The notes under the pieces: generated by a model
Databases searched by the model: none
What the model saw: only the letters and a program-made list of their open reading frames with translations
What the model was told of the DNA's origin: nothing
Source of the DNA: the human T2T-CHM13v2.0 reference genome, Homo sapiens
Length of the DNA: 64,000 nucleotides
NCBI RefSeq assembly: GCF_009914755.1
Contig: NC_060929.1
Strand: one strand, 5' to 3'
Position numbers and translations under genes: made by a program
Shown: positions 36,766 through 51,700 of the stretch, piece by piece
How the letters are laid out: the number at the start of each line of letters is the position of its first letter
Position numbering within the stretch: position 1 is the first letter of the stretch

Positions 36766-39700
36766 GAATTCCCAGTAACTTCCTTGTGTTGTGTACATTC
36801 AACTCACAGAGTTGAACGTTCCCTTAGACAGAGCAGATTTGAAACACTCTTTTTGTGCAATTGGCAAGTGGAGATTTCAAGCGCTTTAAGGTCAATGGCA
36901 GAAAAGGAAATATCTTCGTTTCAAAACTAGACAGAATCATTCCCACAAACTGCGTTGTGATGTGTTCGTTCATCTCACAGAGTTTAACCTTTCTTTTCAT
37001 AGAGCAGTTAGGAAACACTCTGTTTGTAAATTCTGTAAGTGGATATTCTGACATCTTGTGGCCTTCGTTGGAAACGGGATTTCTTCATATTCTGCTAGAC
37101 AGAAGAATTCTCAGAATCTTCCTTGTGTTGTGTGTATTCAACTCACACAGTTGAACGATGGTTTACACAGAGCAGATTTGAAACACTCTTTTTGTGGAAT
37201 TTGCAAGTGGAGATTTCAGCCGCTTTGAGGTCAATGGTAGAAAAGGAAATATCTTCGTATAAAAACTAGACAGAATGATTCTCAGAAACTTCTTTGTGAT
37301 GTGTGCGTTCAACTCACAGAGTTTAACCTTTCTTTTCATAGAGCAGTTAGGAAACACTCTGTTTGTAAACTCTGCAAGAGGATATTCAGACCTCTTTGAG
37401 GCCTTCGTTGGAAACGGGATTTCTTCATACTGTGCTAGACAGAAGAATTCTCAGTAACTTCCTTGTGTTGTGTGTATTCAACTCACAGAGTTGAACGATC
37501 CTTTACACAGAGCAGACTTGAAACACTCTTTTTGTGGAATTTGCAAGTGGAGATTTCAGCCGCGTTGAGGTCAATGGTAGAAAAGGAAATATCTTCGTAT
37601 AAAAACTAGACAGAATGATTCTCAGAAACTCCTTTGAGATGTGTGTGTTCAACTCACAGAGTTTAACCTTTCTTTTCATAGAGCAGTTAGGAATCACACT
37701 GTTTGTAAAGTCTGCAAGTGGATATTCAGACCTCTTTGAGGCCTTCGTTGGAAACGGGTTTTTTTCATATAAGGCTAGAGAGAAGAATTCCCAGTAACTT
37801 CCTTGTGTTGTGTGTGTTCAACTCACAGAGTTGAACTTTCATTTACACAGAGCAGATTTGAAACACTCTTTTTGTGGAATTTGCAAGTGGAGATTTCAAG
37901 CGCTGTGAGGCCAAAGGCAGAAAAGGAAATATCTTCGTATAAAAACTAGACAGAATCATTCTCAGAAACTGCTCTGCGATGTGTGCGTTCAACTCTCAGA
38001 GTTTAACTTTTCTTTTCATTCAGCAGTTTGGAAACACTCTGTTTGTAAAGTCTGCACGTGGATAATTTGACCACTTAGAGGCCTTCGTTGGAAACGGGTT
38101 TTTTTCATGTAAGGCTAGACAGAAGAATTCTCAGTAACTTCCTTGTGTTGTGTGTATTCAACTCACAGAGTTGAACGATCCTTTACACAGAGCAGACTTG
38201 TAACACTCTTTTTGTGGAATTTGCAAGTGGAGATTTCAGCCGCTTTGAAGTCAAATGTAGAAAAGGAAATATCTTCCTATAAAAACTAGACAGAATGATT
38301 CTCAGAAACTCCTTTGTGATGTGTGCGTTCAACTCACAGAGTTTAACCTTTCTTTTCATAGAGCAGTTAGGAAACACTCTGTTTGTAAAGTCTGCAAGTG
38401 GATATTCAGACCTCTTTGAGGCCTTCGTTGGAAACGGGTTTTTTTCATATAAGGCTAGACAGAAGAATTCCCAGTAACTTCCTTGTGTTGTGTGTGTTCA
38501 ACTCACAGAGTTGAACTTTGATTTACACAGAGCAGATTTGAAACACTCTTTTTGTGGAATTTGCAAGTGGAGATTTCAAGCGCTTTGAGGCCAAAGGCAG
38601 AAAAGGAAATATCTTCGTATAAAAACTAGACAGAATCATTCTCAGAAACTGCTCTGTGATGTGTGCGTTCAACTCTCAGAGTTTAACTTTTCTTTTCATT
38701 CAGCAGTTTGGAAACACTCTGTTTGTAAAGTCTGCACGTGGATAATTTGACCACTTAGAGGCCTTCGTTGGAAACGGGTTTTTTTCATGTAAGGCTAGAC
38801 AGAAGAGTTCTCAGTAACTTCCTTGTGTTGTGTGTATTCAACTCACAGAGTTGAACGATCCTTTACACAGAGCAGACTTGTAACACTCTTTTTGTGGAAT
38901 TTGCAAGTGGAGATTTCAGCCGCTTTGAAGTCAAAGTAGAAAAGGAAATATCTTCCTATAAAAACTAGACAGAATGATTCTCAGAAACTCCTTTGTGATG
39001 TGTGCGTTCAACTCACAGAGTTTAACCTTTCTTTTCATAGAGCAGTTAGGAAACACTCTGTTTGTAAAGTCTGCAAGTGGATATTCAGACCTCTTTGAGG
39101 CCTTCGTTGGAAACGGGTTTTTTTCATATAAGGCTAGACAGAAGAATTCCCAGTAACTTCCTTGTGTTGTGTGTGTTCAACTCACAGAGTTGAACTTTCA
39201 TTTACACAGAGCAGATTTGAAACACTCTTTTTGTGGAATTTGCAGGTGGAGATTTCAAGCGCTTTGAGGCCAAAGGCAGAAAAGGAAATATCTTCGTATA
39301 AAAACTAGACAGAATCATTCTCAGAAACTGCTCTGCGATGTGTGCGTTCAACTCTCAGAGTTTAACTTTTCTTTTCATTCAGCAGTTTGGAAACACTCTG
39401 TTTGTAAAGTCTGCACGTGGATAATTTGACCACTTAGAGGCCTTCGTTGGAAACGGGTTTTTTTCATGTAAGGCTAGACAGAAGAATTCTCAGTAACTTC
39501 CTTGTGTTGTGTGTATTCAACTCACAGAGTTGAACGATCCTTTACACAGAGCAGACTTGTAACACTCTTTTTGTGGAATTTGCAAGTGGAGATTTCAGCC
39601 GCTTTGAAGTCAAAGGTAGAAAAGGAAATATCTTCCTATAAAAACTAGACAGAATGATTCTCAGAAACTCCTTTGTGATGTGTGCGTTCAACTCACAGAG

Positions 39701-42700
39701 TTTAACCTTTCTTTTCATAGAGCAGTTAGGAAACACTCTGCTTGTAAAGTCTGCAAGTGGATATTCAGCCCTCTTTGAGGCCTTCGTTGGAAACGGGTTT
39801 TTTTCATATAAGGCTAGACAGAAGAATTCCCAGTAACTTCCTTGTGTTGTGTGTGTTCAACTCACAGAGTTGAACTTTGATTTACACAGAGCAGATTTGA
39901 AACACTCTTTTTGTGGAATTTGCAAGTGGAGATTTCAAGCGCTTTGAGGCCAAAGGCAGAAAAGGAAATATCTTCGTATAAAAACTAGACAGAATCATTC
40001 TCAGAAACTGCTCTGCGATGTGTGCGTTCAACTCTCAGAGTTTAACTTTTCTTTTCATTCAGCAGTTTGGAAACACTCTGTTTGTAAAGTCTGCACGTGG
40101 ATATTTTGACCACTTAGAGGCCTTCGTTGGAAACGGGTTTTTTTCCTGTAAGGCTAGACAGAAGAATTCCCAGTAACTTCCTTGTGTTGTGTACATTCAA
40201 CTCACAGAGTTGAACGTTCCCTTAGACAGAGCAGATTTGAAACACTCTTTTTGTGCAATTGGCAAGTGGAGATTTCAAGCGCTTTAAGGTCAATGGCAGA
40301 AAAGGAAATATCTTCGTTTCAAAACTAGACAGAATCATTCCCACAAACTGCGTTGTGATGTGTTCGTTCATCTCACAGAGTTTAACCTTTCTTTTCATAG
40401 AGCAGTTAGGAAACACTCTGTTTGTAAATTCTGTAAGTGGATATTCTGACATCTTGTGGCCTTCGTTGGAAACGGGATTTCTTCATATTCTGCTAGACAG
40501 AAGAATTCTCAGAATCTTCCTTGTGTTGTGTGTATTCAACTCACACAGTTGAACGATGGTTTACACAGAGCAGATTTGAAACACTCTTTTTGTGGAATTT
40601 GCAAGTGGAGATTTCAGCCGCGTTGAGGTCAATGGTAGAAAAGGAAATATCTTCGTATAAAAACTAGACAGCATGATTCTCAGAAACTCCTTTGTGATGT
40701 GTGTGTTCAACTCACAGAGTTTAACCTTTCTTTTCATAGAGCAGTTAGGAAACACTCTGTTTGTAAAGTCTGCAAGTGGATATTCAGACCTCTTTGAGGC
40801 CTTCGTTGGAAACGGGTTTTTTTCATATAAGGCTAGACAGAAGAATTCCCAGTAACTTCCTTGTGTTGTGTGTGTTCAACTCACAGAGTTGAACTTTCAT
40901 TTACACAGAGCAGATTTGAAACACTCTTTTTGTGGAATTTGCAGGTGGAGATTTCAAGCGCTTTGAGGCCAAAGGCAGAAAAGGAAATATCTTCGTATAA
41001 AAACTAGACAGAATCATTCTCAGAAACTGCTCTGCGATGTGTGCGTTCAACTCTCAGAGTTTAACTTTTCTTTTCATTCAGCAGTTTGGAAACACTCTGT
41101 TTGTAAAGTCTGCACGTGGATAACTTGACCACTTAGAGGCCTTCGTTGGAAACGGGTTTTTTTCATGTAAGGCTAGACAGAAGAATTCTCAGTAACTTCC
41201 TTGTGTTGTGTGTATTCAACTCACAGAGTTGAACGATCCTTTACACAGAGCAGACTTGTAACACTCTTTTTGTGGAATTTGCAAGTGGAGATTTCAGCCG
41301 CTTTGAAGTCAAAGGTAGAAAAGGAAATATCTTCCTATAAAAACTAGACAGAATGATTCTCAGAAACTCCTTTGTGATGTGTGCGTTCAACTCACAGAGT
41401 TTTACCTTTCTTTTCATAGAGCAGTTAGGAAACACTCTGCTTGTAAAGTCTGCAAGTGGATATTCAGCCCTCTTTGAGGCCTTCGTTGGAAACGGGTTTT
41501 TTTCATATAAGGCTAGATAGAAGAATTCCCAGTAACTTCCTTGTGTTGTGTGTGTTCAACTCACAGAGTTGAACTTTCATTTACACAGAGCAGATTTGAA
41601 ACACTCTTTTTGTGGAATTTGCAAGTGGAGATTTCAAGCGCTTTGAGGCCAAAGGCAGAAAAGGAAATATCTTCGTATAAAAACTAGACAGAATCATTCT
41701 CAGAAACTGCTCTGCGATGTGTGCGTTCAACTCTCAGAGTTTAACTTTTCTTTTCATTCAGCAGTTTGGAAACACTCTGTTTGTAAAGTCTGCACGTGGA
41801 TATTTTGACCACTTAGAGGCCTTCGTTGGAAACGGGTTTTTTTCCTGTAAGGCTAGACAGAAGAATTCCCAGTAACTTCCTTGTGTTGTGTACATTCAAC
41901 TCACAGAGTTGAACGTTCCCTTAGACAGAGCAGATTTGAAACACTCTTTTTGTGCAATTGGCAAGTGGAGATTTCAAGCGCTTTAAGGTCAATGGCAGAA
42001 AAGGAAATATCTTCGTTTCAAAACTAGACAGAATCATTCCCACAAACTGCGTTGTGATGTGTTCGTTCATCTCTCAGAGTTTAACCTTTCTTTTCATAGA
42101 GCAGTTAGGAAACACTCTGTTTGTAAATTCTGTAAGTGGATATTCTGACATCTTGTGGCCTTCGTTGGAAACGGGATTTCTTCATATTCTGCTAGACAGA
42201 AGAATTCTCAGAATCTTCCTTGTGTTGTGTGTATTCAACTCACACAGTTGAACGATGGTTTACACAGAGCAGATTTGAAACACTCTTTTTGTGGAATTTG
42301 CAAGTGGAGATTTCAGCCGCTTTGAGGTCAATGGTAGAAAAGGAAATATCTTCGTATAAAAACTAGACAGAATGATTCTCAGAAACTTCTTTGTGATGTG
42401 TGCGTTCAACTCACAGAGTTTAACCTTTCTTTTCATAGAGCAGTTAGGAAACACTCTGTTTGTAAACTCTGCAAGTGGATATTCAGACCTCTTTGAGGCC
42501 TTCGTTGGAAACGGGATTTCTTCATACTGTGCTAGACAGAAGAATTCTCAGTAACTTCCTTGTGTTGTGTGTATTCAACTCACAGAGTTGAACGATCCTT
42601 TACACAGAGCAGACTTGAAACACTCTTTTTGTGGAATTTGCAAGTGGAGATTTCAGCCGCGTTGAGGTCAATGGTAGAAAAGGAAATATCTTCGTATAAA

Positions 42701-45700
42701 AACTAGACAGAATGATTCTCAGAAACTCCTTTGAGATGTGTGTGTTCAACTCACAGAGTTTAACCTTTCTTTTCATAGAGCAGTTAGGAATCACACTGTT
42801 TGTAAAGTCTGCAAGTGGATATTCAGACCTCTTTGAGGCCTTCGTTGGAAACGGGTTTTTTTCATATAAGGCTAGAGAGAAGAATTCCCAGTAACTTCCT
42901 TGTGTTGTGTGTGTTCAACTCACAGAGTTGAACTTTCATTTACACAGAGCAGATTTGAAACACTCTTTTTGTGGAATTTGCAAGTGGAGATTTCAAGCGC
43001 TGTGAGGCCAAAGGCAGAAAAGGAAATATCTTCGTATAAAAACTAGACAGAATCATTTTCAGAAACTGCTCTGCGATGTGTGCGTTCAACTCTCAGAGTT
43101 TAACTTTTCTTTTCATTCAGCAGTTTGGAAACACTCTGTTTGTAAAGTCTGCACGTGGATAATTTGACCACTTAGAGGCCTTCGTTGGAAACGGGTTTTT
43201 TTCATGTAAGGCTAGACAGAAGAATTCTCAGTAACTTCCTTGTGTTGTGTGTATTCAACTCACAGAGTTGAACGATCCTTTACACAGAGCAGACTTGTAA
43301 CACTCTTTTTGTGGAATTTGCAAGTGGAGATTTCAGCCGCTTTGAAGTCAAAGGTAGAAAAGGAAATATCTTCCTATAAAAACTAGACAGAATGATTCTC
43401 AGAAACTCCTTTGTGATGTGTGCGTTCAACTCACAGAGTTTAACCTTTCTTTTCATAGAGCAGTTAGGAAACACTCTGCTTGTAAAGTCTGCAAGTGGAT
43501 ATTCAGCCCTCTTTGAGGCCTTCGTTGGAAACGGGTTTTTTTCATATAAGGCTAGACAGAAGAATTCCCAGTAACTTCCTTGTGTTGTGTGTGTTCAACT
43601 CACAGAGTTGAACTTTGATTTACACAGAGCAGATTTGAAACACTCTTTTTGTGGAATTTGCAAGTGGAGATTTCAAGCGCTTTGAGGCCAAAGGCAGAAA
43701 AGGAAATATCTTCGTATAAAAACTAGACAGAATCATTCTTAGAAACTGCTCTGCGATGTGTGCGTTCAACTCTCAGAGTTTAACTTTTCTTTTCATTCAG
43801 CAGTTTGGAAACACTCTGTTTGTAAAGTCTGCACGTGGATATTTTGACCACTTAGAGGCCTTCGTTGGAAACGGGTTTTTTTCCTGTAAGGCTAGACAGA
43901 AGAATTCCCAGTAACTTCCTTGTGTTGTGTACATTCAACTCACAGAGTTGAACGTTCCCTTAGACAGAGCAGATTTGAAACACTCTTTTTGTGCAATTAG
44001 CAAGTGGAGATTTCAAGCGCTTTAAGGTCAATGGCAGAAAAGGAAATATCTTCGTTTCAAAACTAGACAGAATCATTCCCACAAACTGCGTTGTGATGTG
44101 TTCGTTCATCTCACAGAGTTTAACCTTTCTTTTCATAGAGCAGTTAGGAAACACTCTGTTTGTAAATTCTGTAAGTGGATATTCTGACATCTTGTGGCCT
44201 TCGTTGGAAACGGGATTTCTTCATATTCTGCTAGACAGAAGAATTCTCAGAATCTTCCTTGTGTTGTGTGTATTCAACTCACACAGTTGAACGATGGTTT
44301 ACACAGAGCAGATTTGAAACACTCTTTTTGTGGAATTTGCAAGTGGAGATTTCAGCCGCGTTGAGGTCAATGGTAGAAAAGGAAATATCTTCGTATAAAA
44401 ACTAGACAGCATGATTCTCAGAAACTCCTTTGTGATGTGTGTGTTCAACTCACAGAGTTTAACCTTTCTTTTCATAGAGCAGTTAGGAAACACTCTGTTT
44501 GTAAAGTCTGCAAGTGGATATTCAGACCTCTTTGAGGCCTTCGTTGGAAACGGGTTTTTTTCATATAAGGCTAGACAGAAGAATTCCCAGTAACTTCCTT
44601 GTGTTGTGTGTGTTCAACTCACAGAGTTGAACTTTCATTTACACAGAGCAGATTTGAAACACTCTTTTTGTGGAATTTGCAAGTGGAGATTTCAAGCGCT
44701 TTGAGGCCAAAGGCAGAAAAGGAAATATCTTCCTATAAAAACTAGACAGAATCATTCTCAGAAACTGCTCTGCGATGTGTGTGTTCAACTCTCAGAGTTT
44801 AACTTTTCTTTTCATTCAGGAGTTTGGAAATACTCTGTTTGTAAAGTCTGCACGTGGATAATTTGACCACTTAGAGGCCTTCGTTGGAAACGGGTTTTTT
44901 TCATGTAAGGCTAGACAGAAGAATTCTCAGTAACTTCCTTGTGTTGTGTGTATTCAACTCACAGAGTTGACCGATCCTTTACACAGAGCAGACTTGTAAC
45001 ACTCTTTTTGTGGAATTTGCAAGTGGAGATTTCAGCCGCTTTGAAGTCAAAGGTAGAAAAGGAAATATCTTCCTATAAAAACTAGACAGAATGATTCTCA
45101 GAAACTCCTTTGTGATGTGTGCGTTCAACTCACAGAGTTTAACCTTTCTTTTCATAGAGCAGTTAGGAAACACTCTGTTTGTAAAGTCTGCAAGTGGATA
45201 TTCAGACCTCTTTGAGGCCTTCGTTGGAAACGGGTTTTTTTCATATAAGGCTAGACGGAAGAATTCCCAGTAACTTCCTTGTGTTGTGTGTGTTCAATTC
45301 ACAGAGTTGAACTTTGATTTACACAGAGCAGATTTGAAACACTCTTTTTGTGGAATTTGCAAGTGGAGATTTCAAGCGCTTTGAGGCCAAAGGCAGAAAA
45401 GGAAATATCTTCGTATAAAAACTATACAGAATCATTCTCAGAAACTGCTCTGTGATGTGTGCGTTCAACTCTCAGAGTTTAACTTTTGTTTTCATTCAGC
45501 AGTTTGGAAACACTCTGTTTGTAAAGTCTGCACGTGGATATTTTGACCACTTAGAGGCCTTCGTTGGAAACGGGTTTTTTTCCTGTAAGGCTAGACAGAA
45601 GAATTCCCAGTAACTTCCTTGTGTTGTGTACATTCAACTCACAGAGTTGAACGTTCCCTTAGAAAGAGCAGATTTGAAACACTCTTTTTGTGCAATTGGC

Positions 45701-48700
45701 AAGTGGAGATTTCAAGCGATTTAAGGTCAATGGCAGAAAAGGAAATATCTTCGTTTCAAAACTAGACAGAATCATTCCCACAAACTGCGTTGTGATGTGT
45801 TCGTTCAACTCACAGAGTTTAACCTTTCTTTTCATAGAGCAGTTAGGAAACAGTCTGTTTGTAAATTCTGTAAGTGGATATTCTGACATCTTGTGGCCTT
45901 CGTTGGAAACGGGATTTCTTCATATTCTGCTAGACAGAAGAATTCTCAGAATCTTCCTTGTGTTGTGTGTATTCAACTCACAGAGTTGAACGATGGTTTA
46001 CACAGAACAGATTTGAAACACTCTTTTTGTGGAATTTGCAAGTGGAGATTTCAGCCGCTTTGAGGTCCATGGTAGAAAAGGAAATATCTTCGTGTAAAAA
46101 CTAGACAGAATGATTCTCAGAAACTTCTTTGTGATGTGTGCGTTCAACTCACAGAGTTTAACCTTTCTTTTCATAGAGCAGTTAGGAAACACTCTGTTTG
46201 TAAACTCTGCAAGTGGATATACAGACCTCTTTGAGGCCTTCGTTGGAAACGGGATTTCTTCATACTGTGCTAGACAGAAGAATTCTCAGTAACTTCCTTG
46301 TGTTGTGTGTATTCAACTCACAGAGTTGAACGATCCTTTACACAGAGCGGACTTGAAACACTCTTTTTGTGGAATTTGCAAGTGGAGATTTCAGGCGCGT
46401 TGAGGTCAATGGTAGAAAAGGAAATATCTTCGTATAAAAACTAGACAGAATGATTCTCAGAAACTCCTTTGTGATGTGTGTGTTCAACTCACAGAGTTTA
46501 ACCTTTCTTTTCATAGAGCAGTTAGGAAACACTCTGTTTGTAAAGTCTGCAAGTGGATATTCAGACCTCTTTGAGGCCTTCGTTGGAAACGGGTTTTTTT
46601 CATAGAAGGCTAGACAGAAGAATTCCCAGTAACTTCCTTGTGTTGTGTGTGTTCAACTCACAGAGTTGAACTTTCATTTACACAGAGCAGATTTGAAACA
46701 CTCTTTTTCTGGAATTTGCAAGTGGAGATTTCAAGCGCTTTGAGGCCAAAGGCAGAAAAGGAAATATCTTCGTATAAAAACTAGACAGAATCATTCTCAG
46801 AAACTGCTCTGCGATGTGTGTGTTCAACTCTCAGAGTTTAACTTTTCTTTTCATTCAGCAGTTTGGAAACACTCTGTTTGTAAAGTCTGCACGTGGATAA
46901 TTTGACCACTTAGAGGCCTTCGTTGGAAACGGGTTTTTTTCAGTAAGGCTAGATAGAAGAATTCTCAGTAACTTCCTTGTGTTGTGTGTATTCAACTCAC
47001 AGAGTTGAACGATCCTCTACACAGAGCAGACTTGTAACACTCTTTTTGTGGAATTTGCAAGTGGAGATTTCAGCCGCTTTGAAGTCAAAGGTAGAAAAGG
47101 AAATATCTTCCTATAAAAATTAGACAGAATGATTCTCAGAAACTCCTTTGTGATGTGTGCGTTCAACTCACAGAGTTTAACCTTTCTTTTCATAGAGCAG
47201 TTGGGAAACACTCTGTTTGTAAAGTCTGCAAGTGGATATTCAGACCTCTTTGAGGCCTTCGTTGGAAACGGGTTTTTTTCATATAAGGCTAGACAGAAGA
47301 ATTCCCAGTAACTTCCTTGTGTTGTGTGTGTTCAACTCACAGAGTTGAACTTTGATTTACACAGAGCAGATTTGAAACACTCCTTTTGTGGAATTTGCAA
47401 GTGGAGATTTCAAGCGCTTTGAGGCCAAAGGCAGAAAAGGAAATATCTTCGTATAAAAACTAGACAGAATCATTCTCAGAAACTGCTCTGCAATGTGTGC
47501 GTTCAACTCTCAGAGTTTAACTTTTCTTTTCATTCAGCAGTTTGTAAACACTCTGTTTGTAAAGTCTGCCCGTCGATGTTTTGACCACTTAGAGGCCTTC
47601 GTTGGAAACGGGTTTTTTTCCTGTAACGCTAGACAGAAGAATTCCCAGTAACTTCCTTGTGTTGTGTACATTCAACTCACAGAGTTGAACGTTCCCTTAG
47701 ACAGAGCAGATTTGAAACACTCTTTTTGTGCAATTGGCAAGTGGAGATTTCAAGCGCTTTAAGGTCAATGGCAGAAAAGGAAATATCTTCGTTTCAAAAC
47801 TAGACAGAATTATTCCCACAAACTGCGTTGTGATGTGTTCGTTCAACTCACAGAGTTTAACCTTTCTTTTCATAGAGCAGTTAGGAAACAGTCTGTTTGT
47901 AAATTCTGTAAGTGGATATTCTGACATCTTGTGGCCTTCGTTGGAAACGGGATTTCTTCATATTCTGCTAGACAGAAGAATTCTCAGAATCTTCCTTGTG
48001 TTGTGTGTATTCAACTCACAGAGTTGAACGATGGTTTACACAGAGCAGATTTGAAACACTCTTTTTGTGGAATTTGCAAGTGGAGATTTCAGCCGCTTTG
48101 AGGTCAATGGTAGAAAAGGAAATATCTTCGTATAAAAACTAGACAGAATGATTCTCAGAAACTTCTTTGTGATGTGTGCGTTCAACTCACAGAGTTTAAC
48201 CTTTCTTTTCATAGAGCAGTTAGGAAACACTCTGTTTGTAAACTCTGCAAGTGGATATTCAGACCTCTTTGAGGCCTTCGTTGGAAACGGGATTTCTTCA
48301 TACTGTGCTAGACAGAAGAATTCTCAGTAACTTCCTTGTGTTGTGTGTATTCAACTCACAGAGTTGAACAATCCTTTACACAGAGCGGACTTGAAACACT
48401 CTTTTTGTGGAATTTGCAAGTGGAGATTTCAGCCGCGTTGAGGTCAATGGTAGAAAAGGAAATATCTTCGTATAAAAACTAGACAGAATGATTCTCAGAA
48501 ACTCCTTTGTGATGTGTGTGTTCAACTCACAGAGTTTAACCTTTCTTTTCATAGAGCAGTTAGGAAACACTCTGTTTGTGAAGTCTGCAAGTGGATATTC
48601 AGACCTCTTTGAGGCCTTCTTTGGAAACGGGTTTTTTTCATATAAGGCTAGACAGAAGAATTCCCAGTAACTTCCTTGTGTTGTGTGTGTTCAACTCACA

Positions 48701-51700
48701 GAGTTGAACTTTCATTTACACAGAGCAGATTTGAAACACTCTTTTTGTGGAATTTGCAAGTGGAGATTTCAAGCGCTTTGAGGCCAAAGGCAGAAAAGGA
48801 AATATCTTCGTATAAAAACTAGACAGAATCATTCTCAGAAACTGCTCTGCGATGTGTGCGTTCAACTCTCAGAGTTTAATTTTTCTTTTCATTCAGCAGT
48901 TTGGAAACACTCTGTTTGTAAAGTCTGCACGTGCATAATTTGACCACTTAGAGGCCTTCGTTGGAAACGGGTTTTTTTCATGTAAGGCTAGACAGAAGAA
49001 TTCTCAGTAACTTCCTTGTGTTGTGTGTATTCAACTCACAGAGTTGAACGATCCTTTACACAGAGCAGACTTGTAACACTCTTTTTGTGGAATTTGCAAG
49101 TGGAGATTTCAGCCTCTTTGAAGTCAAAGGTAGAAAAGGAAATATCTTCCTATAAAAACTAGACAGAATGATTCTCAGAAACTCCTTTGTGATGTGTGCG
49201 TTCAACTCACAGAGTTTAACCTTTCTTTTCATAGAGCAGTTAGGAAACACTCTGTTTGTAAAGTCTGCAAGTGGATATACAGACCTCTTTGAGGCCTTCG
49301 TTGGAAACGGGTTTTTTTCATATAAGGCTAGACAGAAGAATTCTCAGTAACTTCATTGTGTTGTGTGTATTCAACTCACAGAGTTGGAAGATCCTTTACA
49401 CAGAGCGGACTTGAAACACTCTTTTTGTGGAATTTGCAAGTGGAGATTTCAGCCGCGTTGAGGTCAATGGTAGAAAAGGAAATATCTTCGTATAAAAACT
49501 AGACAGATTGATTCTCAGAAACTCCTTTGTGATGTGTGTCTTCAACTCACAGAGTTTAAACTTTCTTTTCATAGAGCAGTTAGGAAACACTCTGTTTGTA
49601 AACTCTGCAAGTGGATATTCAGACCTCTTTGAGGCCTTCGTTGGAAAAGGGTTTCTTCATATTGTGCTAGACAGAAGAATTCTCAGTAACTTCCTTGTGT
49701 TGTGTGTATTCAACTCACAGAGTTGAACGATCCTTTACACAGAGCGGACTTGAAACACTCTTTTTGTGGAATTTGCAAGTGGAGATTTCAGCCGCGTTGA
49801 GGTCAATGGTAGAAAAGGAAATATCTTCGTATAAAAACTAGACAGAATGATTCTCAGAAACTCCTTTGTGATGTGTGCGTTCAACTCACAGAGTTTAACC
49901 TTTCTTTTCCTAGAGCAGTTAGGAAACACTCTGTTTGTAAAGTCTGCAAGTGGATATTCAGACCTCTTTGAGGCCTTCGTTGGAAACGGGTTTTTTTCAT
50001 ATAAGCCTAGACAGAAGAATTCACAGTAACTTCCTTGTGTTGTGTGTGTTCAACTCACAGAGTTGAACTTTCATTTACACAGAGCAGATTTGAAACACTC
50101 TTTTTGTGGAATTTGCAAGTGGAGATTTCAAGCGCTTTGAGGCCAAAGGCAGAAAAGGAAATATCTTCGTATAAAAAGTAGACAGAATCACTCTCAGAAA
50201 CTGCTCTGCGATGTGTGCGTTCAACTCTCAGAGTTTAACTTTTCTTTTCATTCAGCAGTTTGGAAACACTCTGTTTGTAAAGTCTGCACGTGGATATTTT
50301 GACCACTCAGAGGCCTTCGTTGGAAACGGTTTTTTTTCCTGTAAGGCTAGACAGAAGAATTCCCAGTAACTTCCTTGTGTTGTGTACATTCAACTCACAG
50401 AGTTGAACGTTCCCTTAGACAGAGCAGATTTGAAACACTCTTTTTGTGCAATTGGCCAGTGGAGATTTCAAGCGCTTTAAGGTCAATGGCAGAAAAGGAA
50501 ATATCTTCGTTTCAAAACTAGACAGAATCATTCCCACAAACTGCGTTGTGATGTGTTCGTTCAAATCACAGAGTTTAACCTTTCTTTTCGTAGAGCAGTT
50601 AGGAAACAGTCTGTTTGTAAATTCTGTAAGTGGATATTCTGACATCTTGTGGCCTTCGTTGGAAACGGGATTTCTTCATATTCTGCTAGACAGAAGAATT
50701 CTCAGAATCTTCCTTGTGTTGTGTGTATTCAACTCACAGAGTTGAACGATGGTTTACACAGAGCAGATTTGAAACACTCTTTTTGTGGAATTTGCAAGTG
50801 GAGATTTCAGCCGCTTTGAGGTCCATGGTAGAAAAGGAAATATCTTCGTATAAAAACTAGACAGAATGATTCTCAGAAACTTCTTTGTGATGTGTGCGTT
50901 CAACTCACAGAGTTTAACCTTTCTTTTCATAGAGCAGTTAGGAAACACTCTGTTTGTAAACTCTGCAAGTGGATATTCAGACCTCTTTGAAGCCTTCGTT
51001 GGAAACGGGATTTCTTCATACTATGCTAGACAGAAGAATTCTCAGTAACTTCTTTGTGTTGTGTGTATTCAACTCACAGAGTTGAACGATCCTTTACACA
51101 GAGCAGACTTGAAACACTCGTTTTGTGGAATTTGCAAGTGGAGATTTCAGCCGCGTTGAGGTCAATGGTAGAAAAGGAAATATCTTCGTATAAAAACTAG
51201 ACAGAGTGATTCTCAGAAACTCCTTTGTGATGTGTGCATTCAACTCACAGAGTTTAACCTTTCTTTTCATAGAGCAGTTAGGAAACACTCTGTTTGTAAA
51301 GTCTGCAAGTGGATATTCAGACCTCTTTGAGGCGTTCGTTGGAAACGGGATTTTTTCATATAAGGCTAGACAGAAGAATTCCCAATAACTTCCTTGTGTT
51401 GTGTGTGTTCAACTCACAGAGTTGAACTTTCATTTACACAGAGCAGATTTGAAACACTCTTTTTGTGGAATTTGCAAATGGAGATTTCAAACGCTTTGAG
51501 GCCAAAGCAGAAAAGGAAATATCTTCGTATAAAAACTAGACAGAATCATTCTCAGAAACTGCTCTGCGATGTGTGCGTTCAACTCTCAGAGTTTAACTTT
51601 TCTTTTCATTCAGCAGTTTGGAAACACTCTGTTTGTAAAGTCTGCACGTGGAGAATTTGACCACTTAGAGGCCTTCGTTGGAAACGGGTTTTTTTCATGT